A DNA stretch of 57,610 nt, taken from Candidatus Hydrogenedentota bacterium (lineage in GTDB: Bacteria; Hydrogenedentota; Hydrogenedentia; Hydrogenedentales; SLHB01). The position numbers and the translations under genes were made by a program. The number at the start of each line of letters is the position of its first letter. The first letter of the stretch is position 1. The stretch is taken from contig JARKSN010000273.1 in assembly GCA_029974275.1 (NCBI GenBank), positions 1 to 57,610 of the forward strand. Reading direction: 5' to 3'. Shown here piece after piece: positions 9,400 through 21,200 of the stretch. The notes below the pieces were generated by a model, which did no database searches, was not told the origin of the DNA, and saw only the letters and a list, made by a program, of their open reading frames with translations.

Positions 9400-12219
9400 A
9401 TGTCTAAAACGTTTCGTTTCGCCCTGATCCTCCTCGTGCTCATCGTTATTTTCACCGTGTTTGGGATCCATAGGCACCGATCCTCCCGGTCTGCCCCGGA
9501 AGCCCCAACGCCCCCGTCATCTTCGTCCGCTGTTCCAATCCCTCCCCCAAACGCCCCGGCGGACAAGACTACGATGCATGAGCCGGCGGTTCCTTCCTCG
9601 ATTCCTCGCCATGATTCCTTGCGCGTAAACGGGTTGGTGACGGATGGAGCCTCGGGACGTCCTATTGCAAGCGCTGAAATCACGGCCCAACGCGAAACGC
9701 CCTCCGAGGCCCCCCCTGACCCTCGCGCCTCTGCCCTGTCGGATGCCGATGGAGCGTACGAAATACGGATCGGGCCGGAAGCCGTCACAATCACTTGCGC
9801 CGCAGCAGGATATGCAACCGCAATCGAAGTTTTGCCAACATCGCCGAATCCCTCTCTGAAAATCGACTTCAAACTCGGCCCTGGATGCGGCGCGGCCGGC
9901 ATTGTTCGAGGACAAGACACCGGCAAGGGAATTCCGGATATCGAGGTCGAAATCCTTTCCGCGCCCAAAGGCTCCCAAGCCCCCAACGCGCTTCAAGAAG
10001 GTTCCTTGCGCGCCCGTCGAGCCGTCACCGATTCCTCAGGAGGCTACAGCGTTGACGGTCTGCCGCCCGGAACCTATCTCGTCTGGCCGCATGCCCGTTC
10101 CGCTGGATACCTCTCATCCCCCAAAACAGCGCTCCAGGTAGATCTCTCCGCCGGCGATTTCCCCAAGAATATCGATTTCACCTTGGAACGAGGCGCCAGC
10201 GTCTCCGGCTGGGTGCACGACGCCTCGGCAAATCCGCTGGAAGGCGCACAGATAGCGGCCATTGCGTTCGAGGCCCTCATGCAAGGAATGGAATATTCCG
10301 AGACCGGCAATGTGGCCGAACTCCAGGCTGTTTCCGATGCCCAGGGGCGTTTCCTGCTCGTCGGCTTGACCCCCAACATTACCTACCGCCTGCGCGCCAC
10401 GCGACAGGGCTACGCCCCAACAGCCAGCGATCCTTTCCTGGCGCCGCCGCCGCCCGCCGATCCGCCGCCCCTGGAACTCGTAATGCTCCGCGGCAGTCGT
10501 GTCACGGGACAGGCCTTCCTGCCCGACGGCTCCCCGGCGTCTCGGCGTTCTATCCAACTGTTCCCCGAATTTGGATCCGCTGCGGAAGGGGTCTACGCTC
10601 TTCCTCAAGACACCGTGATTGGCGACGACGGTTCTTTTTCCTTCGAGGGAGTAGCGGCGGGTAAGTACTTCGTTCCCAACGCCCGTCCCATGACCGAAGC
10701 GAAAAACGAAAATCCATTGGGCATTTCCCGCGTCCCCGTGGTAGTGGACGGTCTTCACGATCCGGAACCCCTCGCGATTCGTCTCGACAACGTAGACATG
10801 GGGGCAGGGCCACGCGACCTATCCGGCGTCGTCGTTGACGAAAAAGACCAGCCTGTCTCCGGCGCGCGCGTGATCGCCTGCGCGACCGACAACCCCGCCG
10901 ATCGCGCCGAAGCCGTCACCGGCGACTCCGGTTCCTTCAAGCTTTCCGGCTTGCGAGGCAAACTCTTCAACGTTGCCGCCATCGCTTCTGCCGGAAACGC
11001 TCTGGAAACCGGCATAGGCGCCGGGCTCCAAATCACCTTGTGCCTTGTCCCTGCCACGCGCGTATCCGGCACGGTTGTCGACGCCATGGGCAATCCCGCG
11101 GCGGACTGTTCCATCCGGGCGGCATATCTGTCCAACCCAGAATCCTCCGACGATGCCGCCTCGATCCTAGACGCCTTCGGTCTCGCCGGAACAGCCCAAG
11201 CGACCGATGCCAAGGGCGCTTTCACTCTTTCTCTTCCCATAGGCGGAGGCTACCGGATATTCGCCCAGCACCCGCGTCTGGGCAGCGGATCAACCGCCCC
11301 CCTTGCCGTCATCCCGGGAAAAGACCTGCAACACATCCTTGTTTCCCTCGCTCCAAACATTCCTCTCAACGGAACCGTGGTGACGACCCGCGGCGAACCT
11401 GTCGCAGAAGCGACCATCACGCTTCTCTCGTCGGACGAATCCGCCGACACTGTCGAGGATGCCATCTCCCAAACCCGCAGCGGCCCCAATGGCCGTTTCA
11501 CCTTTGAGGAAGTCAAGCCAGGCCGCTATGCCCTTCGCGCCGAAGCCTCCCCCTTGGCGACGGCCTATTTGTATGACATCGAGGCGGGAAGAACGATCCC
11601 GCCACGCGACCTGACCATCGTGATGGGAGCAGGAGGAACCCTCCGGGGGCGCTACACGGTCAACGGCCTTCCCGTGGAAGGAGTCACGGTTCAAGCGATG
11701 GGGCAGGCCGAGTCCCGTGCAGCCACCACGGATTCCACGGGGTCGTTTTCGATAACCGCCCTCAGTCCCGGCGAATACGGGGTAACGGCGATTCCGCAGC
11801 CGCGTTTCGATACTCCCGAAGCAACCCGCCGCTTCACCATACCTCCCCCCGTACGGGTGGAAATCGTCGAAGGCCAGACCACCGAGATTGCACTGGGGCC
11901 GGATGAAGGCGTGGAAATCTCCGGAAAAATACTCGGAAATCTTCCCCAGACCCCTATCCTTGTGTGTTTGCTGCAGCGTGCAGGAGGAGAAAACGGGGCG
12001 TCCTCTTCCGCAGGGCAACGCCTAACCGGGGCCCTCGTTCAACAGGACGGAACCTATCGCCTTGAGGGCGTGCGCCCGGGAATGTATACGCTTGAGGTGC
12101 AGACCATCGAAATTGACCCGGCGCGAATCACGGAATCGCTCCATGAAATCAATGTGTTAGCGCAAAAGGAGCTTTCCGTCGGTCATGCCCCCGTTACGCA
12201 AGATTTCGTCTTGCCATGA
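9400..12219 (+). CDS. membrane-anchored protein with multiple carboxypeptidase-regulatory-like beta-sandwich repeats
   Basis: N-terminal TM segment and Pro-rich linker, followed by about 8 repeats of G.V.D..G.P..GA...TD..G.F...L.PG.Y. Confidence 0.8.
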   Translation: MSKTFRFALILLVLIVIFTVFGIHRHRSSRSAPEAPTPPSSSSAVPIPPPNAPADKTTMHEPAVPSSIPRHDSLRVNGLVTDGASGRPIASAEITAQRETPSEAPPDPRASALSDADGAYEIRIGPEAVTITCAAAGYATAIEVLPTSPNPSLKIDFKLGPGCGAAGIVRGQDTGKGIPDIEVEILSAPKGSQAPNALQEGSLRARRAVTDSSGGYSVDGLPPGTYLVWPHARSAGYLSSPKTALQVDLSAGDFPKNIDFTLERGASVSGWVHDASANPLEGAQIAAIAFEALMQGMEYSETGNVAELQAVSDAQGRFLLVGLTPNITYRLRATRQGYAPTASDPFLAPPPPADPPPLELVMLRGSRVTGQAFLPDGSPASRRSIQLFPEFGSAAEGVYALPQDTVIGDDGSFSFEGVAAGKYFVPNARPMTEAKNENPLGISRVPVVVDGLHDPEPLAIRLDNVDMGAGPRDLSGVVVDEKDQPVSGARVIACATDNPADRAEAVTGDSGSFKLSGLRGKLFNVAAIASAGNALETGIGAGLQITLCLVPATRVSGTVVDAMGNPAADCSIRAAYLSNPESSDDAASILDAFGLAGTAQATDAKGAFTLSLPIGGGYRIFAQHPRLGSGSTAPLAVIPGKDLQHILVSLAPNIPLNGTVVTTRGEPVAEATITLLSSDESADTVEDAISQTRSGPNGRFTFEEVKPGRYALRAEASPLATAYLYDIEAGRTIPPRDLTIVMGAGGTLRGRYTVNGLPVEGVTVQAMGQAESRAATTDSTGSFSITALSPGEYGVTAIPQPRFDTPEATRRFTIPPPVRVEIVEGQTTEIALGPDEGVEISGKILGNLPQTPILVCLLQRAGGENGASSSAGQRLTGALVQQDGTYRLEGVRPGMYTLEVQTIEIDPARITESLHEINVLAQKELSVGHAPVTQDFVLP

Positions 12220-12324
12220 GTTTCGTGCATGCCGGAAAGAAGAAAAAACACGCTGGGTACGTAAGTCCAATGATTACAAAGGGAAGAATATGCGCCCCGA
12301 CCCTGACGTAAGAGGAAAGGGCGC

Positions 12325-12353
12325 TTGAAAAATACCATTTTGGATGGTATCCT
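12325..12353 (+). promoter_or_regulatory. sigma70-type promoter (extended -10) with overlapping palindrome
   Basis: TTGAAA-17 nt-TATCCT with TGn before the -10. An ATACCAT-N5-ATGGTAT inverted repeat spans 12332-12350. Confidence 0.5.
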
Positions 12354-12796
12354 GTATACAGTTGTCCGTCGTGAAGAGAAGGCGAAGAGCAAGTCACGCT
12401 AGAAAAGGGGGGCTTTCGGAGGATAGAGGCCGAAAGAACCGTACGAGAACGACGGACAAACAAAACTTCCACGTATGGCGCACAAAGCGCCTGAAGTGCA
12501 GGTTCTACTCTTGGAATACGCCGCTATGCGGAGAAAGGAGGGCGCGACACACAACGACCGAGATGATGCCGGCCCCGGGCTGTCCGAAGTGGATATGGGC
12601 GTCATAATCTTCGCTTGCTGAGGATAACGCCAGCATACATACGATTTGGGCCCGGAAATGGCAGGGACTGCGGTTGCTGACGCCGCAGGCCGGAAATGCG
12701 AGATGGTTGTCAGCGTGTGGAAACACGCTTACCTCCGGGGGGTGAGCAAACTGCTTGGGCTCCAGACGAGACCAAGGTTTCAAGGAGAGAGAATAC

Positions 12797-13888
12797 ATGT
12801 TGAAGAAGAAGGGCTTTACGCTCATCGAGCTGTTGGTCGTTATCGCGATCATTGGTATCTTAGCTGCCATCCTGTTGCCTGCGCTGGCGCGCGCCCGCGA
12901 GGCAGCCCGTCGTTCCTCCTGCCAGAACAATCTGAAGCAGATGGGTATCGTCTATAAGATGTACTCGGGCGAGAACAAGGACTATTTCCCCCAAATGAGC
13001 GATCTGGTCGTTTCGATCCAGAATTACAAAGCTCCTGTTCCTGATATCATGTCCATGTATCCGGAATACATGAGCGACCCGCACATCATGAAGTGCCCGT
13101 CGGACAGCGGCGCGGACACGAGCGGCTTGGTCACGGTTCAGCCGTTTGAGCAGGGCATCGAAGATATCCAGAAGCAGATGACGGCTGGCGCGGCCACCGG
13201 CGCCTGCATGCAAGCGCACCTTTCTTTCGCGCGTTCCTATGTGTATTTCGGCTATGCCGTTCGCACCCAGGCCCAGGGCCAGGTCGCGATGATCGGCTGG
13301 GACAAGGCGGGAACGGCTGCGTACGGCAATACCCGTTACGTCGAGACTCCGTTGGGCGGAAGCTGCCCCTATTCGGGCTATGACGGCAACTACCAGGGCC
13401 TGGTCCTGCATCGCTTCCAGGCCGGCGCGTTCGACTATGCTTCCGTCGGCGAGGACAGCCCCATCATGACGAAAGGCGGCGACATGCTGACGGCGTGGCG
13501 CGGCTCCAGCTCCTGCGGTCAGGGCTGGGAAGAGAACTGCGTTTCGCGCGTCCCGTCGGTTATCTACCGTTTGCGTGAAGGCGTCGAGCGCTTCCTGATC
13601 ACCGACATCAACAACCCGGCTGCGACGAACATGGCGCAGAGCGAACTTCCGGTGATGTGGGACATCTTCGCGGATCGCTTTGACGAGGATCCGAGCAAGG
13701 CGGTCGCCATTTCCAACCACGTTCCTGGCGGCGCCAATGTGCTGTTCATGGACGGCCACGTGGAATTCATCCGTTGGGTCGCCCCGATCGGCTCGAAGTT
13801 CCCGCTCAAGATTACGGCCGAGACGGGCACCGGCGACGGCAAGAACTGGCTCAACGACACCGCTCTGGGCACTTCCGACGGTGGTTGA
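12797..13888 (+). CDS. prepilin-type N-terminal cleavage/methylation protein, DUF1559 / H-X9-DG family
   Basis: N-terminus [48 protein letters not shown] and C-terminal [23 protein letters not shown] upstream. Confidence 0.92.
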   Translation: MLKKKGFTLIELLVVIAIIGILAAILLPALARAREAARRSSCQNNLKQMGIVYKMYSGENKDYFPQMSDLVVSIQNYKAPVPDIMSMYPEYMSDPHIMKCPSDSGADTSGLVTVQPFEQGIEDIQKQMTAGAATGACMQAHLSFARSYVYFGYAVRTQAQGQVAMIGWDKAGTAAYGNTRYVETPLGGSCPYSGYDGNYQGLVLHRFQAGAFDYASVGEDSPIMTKGGDMLTAWRGSSSCGQGWEENCVSRVPSVIYRLREGVERFLITDINNPAATNMAQSELPVMWDIFADRFDEDPSKAVAISNHVPGGANVLFMDGHVEFIRWVAPIGSKFPLKITAETGTGDGKNWLNDTALGTSDGG

Positions 13889-13966
13889 TGCCGCAATCTC
13901 TGAAGGACCCGCAGCGGCGTTCCGGCAGGAACAACGACAAGGGCCTGACAGAGAGTGAATGAATCA

Positions 13967-14011
13967 AGCTAGGCGGGAAACCCCGTTGGGGTTTCCCGCC
14001 TAGCTCTTTTT
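13967..14011 (+). terminator. intrinsic terminator after the prepilin gene
   Basis: Perfect 18-bp stem AGCTAGGCGGGAAACCCC/GGGGTTTCCCGCCTAGCT with a GTT loop, followed by CTTTTT. Confidence 0.85.
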
Positions 14012-14028
14012 GTCCCCCGCAACGAATC

Positions 14029-14057
14029 TTGCCTGCGACGAAGACGCGGATTATACT
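14029..14057 (+). promoter_or_regulatory. sigma70-type promoter for pilC
   Basis: TTGCCT-17 nt-TATACT immediately after the terminator. Confidence 0.55.
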
Positions 14058-14144
14058 CTTGCCGAAGCGCGAACGGTTGTCCAGGACGGAAGCGCGTGGA
14101 ACTAGGGCGATCGATATTTGTATGCAGGAATAGGAGGGCCGCAT

Positions 14145-15353
14145 ATGCCGGCATTTACGTATGTCGCGCGAACCCGCGACGGCAAGAAGGAAAAAGGGAC
14201 CCAAGTGGCGGATAGCCGTCAGGCGGCGGTCCGCATGCTGCAGACGCGCGGCCTTGTTCCCGAGAAGATTCAGGAGGTTGGCGCCGCGTCGCGCCCGAAA
14301 GGCGGCGGGCCGCGCGTCAAAAACGCGGAACTGCTTGTGTTCACGCGCCAATTGTCGACCATCGTCAACGCTGGCCTTCCGTTGCTGCAAGGCTTGGACA
14401 TTCTGGCCGAACAGATGGAGGACCCCCGTTTTGCGCAGGCGATCAGCGAACTGAGCGCCGCCGTCGAGGGCGGGCAAACCTTCTCGGAATCCCTCACGCG
14501 TTATCCCCGCGTCTTCTCCGACCTTTACATCAGCATGGTTCGTTCGGGCGAGGCCAGCGGCAATCTGGACGGCGTGCTCATGCAACTCGCGGACTATCTG
14601 GAGTCCATCGAAGAATTGAAACGTCGCATCCGTTCCGCGATGACCTATCCGGTCGTGGCGTTCAGCATGATCATCTTGATAGCGGCGGGCCTGATCATCT
14701 GGGTCGTGCCTCAATTCAAGGAAATCTTCGAGAGTTTCGGCGGCAAACTGCCTGCTCCTACTCAAATGTTGATCGTCGTGAGCGACACCCTCCGCAGTTG
14801 GCGCATGTTCCTGGTGATTGCCTTGGGCGTAGCCGCCGTGATTGCCGTACAAGCGTATGGCAAAACGGATGCGGGAAAGTTGAACCTCGATCGCGTCAAA
14901 CTGCGGCTTCCCGTATTCGGCAAACTCCTGCGCAAAGTCGCTATCAGCCGCTTTGCCCGCACCTTGAGCACCCTTACCCGCAGCGGCGTGCCTATCCTTG
15001 CCGCCATGGAGATCGTCGAACGAACGGCGGGCAACGAGGTTTTCTCCAGGACCGTTCGCGCAGCGGCGGAAAATGTCCGCAGCGGCGAAACGCTTGCCGA
15101 ACCGTTGCGCCGCAGCGGGGAATTCCCCGCGATGGTCACGCGCATGATCGAAGTCGGCGAAAAAACCGGCGCGCTCGAACAGATGCTCGGAAAAATATCG
15201 GATTTCTACGATTCCGAAGTGCGCGCCGCCGTTGACGGTTTAACGAGTCTGATCGAACCGATGCTCATCATGGCGATGGGCATCGTGGTTGGCAGCATCG
15301 TGATTGCGCTTTTCATGCCGATCTTGCAGCTTTCGAGCCTGGTGCAGCAATAA
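14145..15353 (+). CDS. pilC: type IV pilus / T2SS inner-membrane platform protein (PilC/GspF)
   Basis: Two T2SSF domains: FTRQLSTIVNAGLPLL, GEASGNL, AMTYP, GEKTGAL and LIEP. GGAGG RBS. Confidence 0.92.
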   Translation: MPAFTYVARTRDGKKEKGTQVADSRQAAVRMLQTRGLVPEKIQEVGAASRPKGGGPRVKNAELLVFTRQLSTIVNAGLPLLQGLDILAEQMEDPRFAQAISELSAAVEGGQTFSESLTRYPRVFSDLYISMVRSGEASGNLDGVLMQLADYLESIEELKRRIRSAMTYPVVAFSMIILIAAGLIIWVVPQFKEIFESFGGKLPAPTQMLIVVSDTLRSWRMFLVIALGVAAVIAVQAYGKTDAGKLNLDRVKLRLPVFGKLLRKVAISRFARTLSTLTRSGVPILAAMEIVERTAGNEVFSRTVRAAAENVRSGETLAEPLRRSGEFPAMVTRMIEVGEKTGALEQMLGKISDFYDSEVRAAVDGLTSLIEPMLIMAMGIVVGSIVIALFMPILQLSSLVQQ

Positions 15354-15368
15354 CGGGACCGCGTTACG

Positions 15369-15401
15369 AAGCCGCCGCCGCTCATACGGCGGCGGCTTTT
15401 T
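15369..15401 (+). terminator. terminator hairpin between convergent pilC and clpB (overlaps the clpB stop)
   Basis: AAGCCGCCGCCG-CTCATA-CGGCGGCGGCTT followed by TTT. Confidence 0.7.
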
Positions 15402-17979
15402 CCGGACAGAACGTCAGGGCGCCGCCTCGGACATCCGCCACGACATGGTCGCCCTCGTGTATTTTGCCCTGTAATATCTCCAAAGCGAGCTTGTCGAGGA
15501 CTTCGCGTTGGATGACCCGCTTGAGCGGACGCGCGCCGTATACCGGGTCGTACCCCAATTCGGCGAGGCGCTCACGGGCGGCATCGCTCAAATCGATCGT
15601 CACTCGTTTTTCTTCAAGCCGCTTGGCAAGCCGTTTTAGTTGCACGTCGACGATTTGCCGAATGTGCTCGCGCCGCAGTGGATGAAACACCACGACATCG
15701 TCTACGCGATTCAGGAACTCCGGACGGAAGTGCTGACGCAAGATCGCCATCACCTCTCCTGCTTGTTCGGTCTCGCTTCCGGCGCGGTTCAGGAACACCT
15801 CGCCCCCAAGGTTGGAGGTCATGATGACAACCGTGTTCTTGAAGTCCACCGTGCGCCCCTGTCCATCGGTTAGGCGCCCATCGTCCAGCAACTGCAGCAG
15901 CACATGGAACACGTCGGCATGCGCCTTCTCAATTTCGTCGAACAACACGACAGCATACGGACGCCGCCGCACTGCCTCAGTCAACTGCCCCCCCTCGTCA
16001 TAGCCGACGTATCCGGGCGGCGCGCCGATCAAGCGCGACACCGCGTGCTTCTCCATATACTCCGACATGTCGATCCGCACCATCGCGTTTTCGTCGTCGA
16101 ACAGCAGCGCCGCCAGAGACCGGGCGAGTTCGGTCTTTCCGACGCCCGTTGGCCCGAGGAAAATGAACGAGCCGATCGGCCGGTCCGGTTCCTTGAGTCC
16201 TGCGCGCGCCCGGCGCACCGCATCCGAAACGACCCGAATCCCCTCTTCCTGTCCGATAACGCGCTCGCCGAGTCGTTTCTCCATTTCGAGCAAACGCTGC
16301 ATCTCGCCCTCGAGCATCCTCTCGACGGGAATATGCGTCCAGTTCGACACAATCTTCGCGATCTGCTCTTCGGTGACTTCCTCCTTTAGAAAACTGCCCT
16401 GCTTTTGGAGTTCGGCGAACTTCTCCTTCAGCCCGTCGAGGTTTCGCTGCAACTCGTTCAACGTGCCGTAGCGAATCTCCGCCACCCGGGTCAGGTTTCC
16501 TGCGCGTTCCGCGATCTCGCTCTCGCGGCGGGCCTGCTCGATCTCTTCCGAAGTCTTGCGGATTGCGTCAATGGCGTCCTTTTCCGCTTTCCACTTGCTT
16601 TTCTTCTCATTCAGCTCCTCGCGGAGATTGGCGAGTTCGCGCTCGATGCCTTCGCGTTCTTCGAGTCCCGCCTTGTTGGTCTCTTTTTTGAGGGCCAAGT
16701 GTTCGATTTCGAGCTGGCGTATGCGCCGGTCCAGCACGTCGATCTCATACGGCATGCTGTCGATCTCGATGCGCAGCCGCGAAGACGCCTCATCGACCAA
16801 ATCGATGGCCTTGTCGGGCAAGAAGCGGTCTGAGATGTAGCGGTGACTCAACACCGCCGCCGCGACCAGGGCCGCATCCTCGATACGCACGCCGTGATGC
16901 ACTTCATAGCGTTCCTTCAGTCCGCGCAAAATGGCGATCGTGCTCTCGACATCCGGCTCGCCCACCATGACCGGCTGAAACCGCCGTTCCAGCGCGGCGT
17001 CCTTCTCGATGTGTTTGCGGTATTCATCGAGCGTGGTCGCGCCGATGCAGTGCAATTCCCCGCGCGCAAGCGCCGGTTTGAGCATGTTCGAGGCGTCCAT
17101 CGATCCTTCCGCCGCGCCCGCGCCCACAAGCGTATGCAGTTCGTCGATGAAAAGGATGATGCTGCCGTCCGCCGACTGCACCTCGCGCAGCACCGCTTTT
17201 AGCCGGTCTTCAAACTCGCCGCGAAACTTCGCGCCCGCGATCAACGCGCCCAGGTCAAGCACGGCAACGCGCTTGTTCTTCAGTCCTTCTGGCACGTCTC
17301 CGGCGACGACACGTTGGGCCAGTCCTTCGACGATAGCCGTCTTCCCCACTCCCGGTTCTCCGATCAGCACCGGGTTGTTTTTCGTGCGGCGCGATAGCAC
17401 CTGAATAACGCGGCGGATTTCCTCGTCGCGCCCGATGACGGGATCAAGCTTGCCCGCGCGCGCCAATTGCGTGAGATCACGACTGAATTTCGCGAGCGCA
17501 TCATACGTTTCCTCCGCGTTCGGATCGGTGACGCGTTGATTGCCGCGAATTTCCTTGAGCGCGGCCAGCGCCTGCTCGCGCATAATGCCGGTGGCGCGCA
17601 GCGCTTCTCCGGCGGGGTCGGAGCGCACGTCCAGCATTCCTAGAAACAGATGTTCCGTGCCCAGGTACTCGTCGTGCAAAGTCTGCGCCGCCTTCCAAGC
17701 CGCCTCGATCACGCGGCTCGCCTGCGCCCCAAGGGTTGGCTGGGCCGCGCTTCCGGAGATGCGGGGCAATGACGTAAGGCGATGGCGAATCTCGTTTTCG
17801 AGCGAAGCGCTGGATATTCCCAAGCGTTGCAATAATGACCCCACCACGCCTTTCTCTTGTGCGAGCAGCGCAGCGAGCATGTGAAGACTCGTGATCTCCG
17901 GGTGCCCTGCCGAAGATGCGGCATCCATTGCTTCCGAAAGGGCCTCCTGAGCTTTGATGGTCAGTTTGTCCAGTTTCAT
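15382..17979 (-). CDS. clpB: ATP-dependent chaperone ClpB
   Basis: Clp-N domain, NBD1 (GEPGVGKT), a long middle coiled coil, NBD2 (GPTGVGKT), RIDMSEY and GARPLKR. Confidence 0.97.
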   Translation of the reverse strand: MKLDKLTIKAQEALSEAMDAASSAGHPEITSLHMLAALLAQEKGVVGSLLQRLGISSASLENEIRHRLTSLPRISGSAAQPTLGAQASRVIEAAWKAAQTLHDEYLGTEHLFLGMLDVRSDPAGEALRATGIMREQALAALKEIRGNQRVTDPNAEETYDALAKFSRDLTQLARAGKLDPVIGRDEEIRRVIQVLSRRTKNNPVLIGEPGVGKTAIVEGLAQRVVAGDVPEGLKNKRVAVLDLGALIAGAKFRGEFEDRLKAVLREVQSADGSIILFIDELHTLVGAGAAEGSMDASNMLKPALARGELHCIGATTLDEYRKHIEKDAALERRFQPVMVGEPDVESTIAILRGLKERYEVHHGVRIEDAALVAAAVLSHRYISDRFLPDKAIDLVDEASSRLRIEIDSMPYEIDVLDRRIRQLEIEHLALKKETNKAGLEEREGIERELANLREELNEKKSKWKAEKDAIDAIRKTSEEIEQARRESEIAERAGNLTRVAEIRYGTLNELQRNLDGLKEKFAELQKQGSFLKEEVTEEQIAKIVSNWTHIPVERMLEGEMQRLLEMEKRLGERVIGQEEGIRVVSDAVRRARAGLKEPDRPIGSFIFLGPTGVGKTELARSLAALLFDDENAMVRIDMSEYMEKHAVSRLIGAPPGYVGYDEGGQLTEAVRRRPYAVVLFDEIEKAHADVFHVLLQLLDDGRLTDGQGRTVDFKNTVVIMTSNLGGEVFLNRAGSETEQAGEVMAILRQHFRPEFLNRVDDVVVFHPLRREHIRQIVDVQLKRLAKRLEEKRVTIDLSDAARERLAELGYDPVYGARPLKRVIQREVLDKLALEILQGKIHEGDHVVADVRGGALTFCPEKAAAV

Positions 17980-18032
17980 TCGACTTCAACTCCTTTTAGT
18001 CTGCACCGATAGTTTCTTTCATCCCTAACGGG

Positions 18033-18048
18033 AGCAACTTGCGCGCCA
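18033..18048 (-). promoter_or_regulatory. sigma54 (-24/-12) promoter upstream of clpB
   Basis: Minus strand TGGCGC-GCAAG-TTGCT matches TGGCAC-N5-TTGCW, about 54 nt upstream of the clpB ATG. Confidence 0.7.
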
Positions 18049-18240
18049 TGCTCATTTTGGGCGTGTTTTGCGGGTTGGATCGGCGCGACGTTTCAGCCTG
18101 AAACAGTCATCGTAGCGAGATGAAACGCCGCGGATGGATTTCAGAAGGGCAGGAATACGGAGAGGTTCGTGCAGTTCTTGACGAGGCGCATCCGGTGTTG
18201 TATCGTCAAAGCAGGGACGAACGCTATCGGGAGGAAATGG

Positions 18241-21200
18241 ATGATGCAGGCACGGCGTCAGAACGCCACTTTTCTGTTCCTGGCGGGATTGTGGTGTGTT
18301 GTTGGCAACATGGATTCCCACGCAGGCACTATTCGTCAAGTCCCGTCCGTCTACGCGACCATAACCGCCGCCATGAATGCAGCCGTGTCAGGCGACGTCA
18401 TCCAGATCGGCAGCGGCGTCTACAACGAATCCATCACCACGACCAAGTCTGGCCTCACCTTCCAGGGCAGCGGGTCCTCAACCATCGTGTCCGGCGGCAA
18501 TACAGGGGCTCCCTTCCGGATCAGACACAGCAACACGACCATCTCGAACATGGCGCTGCAAAAGGCGGGCGGCGCCTTCCAGGGGGTGGACAATGCCGGC
18601 GTGGCCATCGATTCCGGCGATGGCATCCTCGTCAATCAAGTGCTCATTGAAGACTGCACCTATGGCGTGGTGTGCGGCAGTCTGGGAGGGCCATCTGTTT
18701 TTCCGGCGATCCAGCGTTCGACGATCAGGGATTGCTCCTTTTGGGCAGTGGATGCGCGGGGCTCCTCGGGCCCCACGGTCGTGAACTGTCTCATTCAGAA
18801 TTCACAATCGGGAATCCGCATTCAACACTTTGCTTCGGCGGACATTATCAACAACACTATCGTGAATTGCTCTTCCCAGGGCATCTCCGTCCTGACCTCT
18901 GGAAACGCATTGCTGCAGAATAACGCGGTATGCTTTTGCAGCACCGGAATCCAAGTGTCCGGATCGGCCACCGTTCGTGGCAACAACGCGTATGGCAACG
19001 GGAGCGTAACCAACGACGGGGTCACAGGCAACTATTCCGGTTTCACCCCGGCCATCAGCAACCTTCACATGGATCCCCTTTTCGTGAACCGTTCCAGCGG
19101 AAACTACCATCTTTCCTCGAACTCGCCGTGCATCGATGCCGGGATCGCTTCGTTGAGCCCCAACGTGGATTTCGATGGAAACGCGCGCCCTCAGGGGGCT
19201 GGCTACGACATTGGCTATGACGAAGTCGAGGCGGCGACGACCGGATACACGAAGGCTTCCTTGATCGGGACCTACGCGGAGCATGATCTCCTGGCTTTGC
19301 TCAGCGGCGCCGCAACGGTCCGAACCGGAACCGCGCAATTTGGCGGAAACGGCAACGTTACGCTCACGCTGACCGGCGGCTCCATCCAATCCTTCCAGTA
19401 TGACGTTGTGGCGGATGGCGGCTTCAAGTATTACGGCAGTGCGTATACCGGTCCTACGGACTATACAGGGACCGTAGGCATGAACGGGGGAGCTCCGTTG
19501 CATGCAGGCTATGCCGCTGCGGGAATGGATAGTGGCGCTCCGCAGGGGTATGCAGGCTTCCGCGCCGGGGTGCGCCTGGGAACTGGGTTGGGGAACAGCC
19601 GATTCGTCGGGAGCTATAGCCTGCATGCCTTGCTTTCGCTTGGCAACGGCGTATGGCGCACGGTTTCGGGGGCCCTCCAAGCGGATGGGTCCGGGACCGT
19701 GCTCTCGTTTTGGGCGAATGAACTCGCATCGGATAATTTTCCAGTTCTTTCCCAAGGATACGTCGTTTCCTCCAACGGCCGGGTGGCCATCGCGGGAAAA
19801 TCCAATATGCTCGCTACCTTGGGCGAAAATGGCGCTATTCTCGTACAGACCTTGGATGTCGCCGCGAACGAAGACCCGCGCCTTTCCGGCGGCTACAAGG
19901 GCTTGGCCTTTGGGGTGCGGCGCGGCGCATCCGTCAATGCGGCGGATTTCAGCGGCACGTACCGCGTGCACGAGATTATTGTCCAGGGAAACAAAGCCCA
20001 GATCATGGGTATTGGATCGCTGCACGCGCCGGGATCGGGCGCTTTTGTGGGGGACATCCGTCGCAACGGCGTCTCCCATTCGTTCAACGGATCGATCCGC
20101 GTGAATCCGAGCGGAACGTTTTATTTGGGCAATTCTTCTTTTGTTGAGGGCGCATTGGCCCCGGGCGGCGCCATGGCTGTGCTGACCAAGCATGCGGGAT
20201 ACGTGCGCGCCAACACCTCAGATTCTGCCTGGATGGAAGTCTGGCTGCGCACTTCGGGGGGGGGAGCAACTCCCGAAGATAAGGATGGCGATGGGCTTTC
20301 GGATGCGGACGAGACGCGTTTGGGGACCAATCCGAACAATCCCGACTCCGACGCTGACGGGCTGCCGGACGGCATCGATCCCCAACCGTTGATCCCAAAT
20401 AACCGCTTTACGGCAGACCCGGACAGCATTTCGATCAGCATCAATCAAGGGGATTCGGTCACGCCGAAAACGCTTCGTCTTGCCAATACGCCGAACCCCT
20501 TTTTTTCCTGGTCCATTTCCTCGAACAAAACCTGGCTTTCCGTAACTCCCGCATCCGGACTCGGCGACGGTGCGCCTGCCGTGTCCATCAATGCCACAAC
20601 GCTGACGTCCGACGGGAGCCCCTACACAGGAGCATTGACCGTCACGGCTCCCGGCATGGCCAATAGCCCCATGCAGATACCCGTCACGGTCACGGTGATC
20701 AATCCTATTCCCGTCATCGAGGCGCTGCCGCAGACGCTCGATTTCGAAGTTCTGGAAGGAGATGCCACAGCAACGCCGAAGCAGGTTTCCATTCGAAGCA
20801 TTTCATCCGGCGAACGTTCGTGTAAAGCGATCCCGCAAGCCGATTGGATCACGGTCGCTCCGACATCCTGGACCACTCCAAAGTCCGTGAGCATTGGTCT
20901 GGACATGAGCAAGCTTTCGGTGGGGGGAACGCCATATCAGGGAACCGTTCGTATCGCGACGCAGGACATGGCCAGCAAGCCGGTGGATGTCACCGTGAAT
21001 GTGACCGTAAGACGGCGGCCTCATCCGATCGAAACGCCCTTTGCCGTTCATCCCTCCTCCAATGCGCAGACGCAGCCTTCCATGGACTACGATCCCGTCT
21101 CGGAGCTATACGGCGTGGCGTGGTCGGAGCCCAATAGCACGGGCAGCGGGATCTACGTGAACCTCCTTAACGCGGAGGCCGCCGCCGTCGCCAACACGCT

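Noticed and set aside
12476..12490. GG-N10-GC sigma54-like motif in the prepilin leader
   Set aside because: It lacks the TT before GC (TGGCGCACAAAGCGC) and is too weak in GC-rich DNA.
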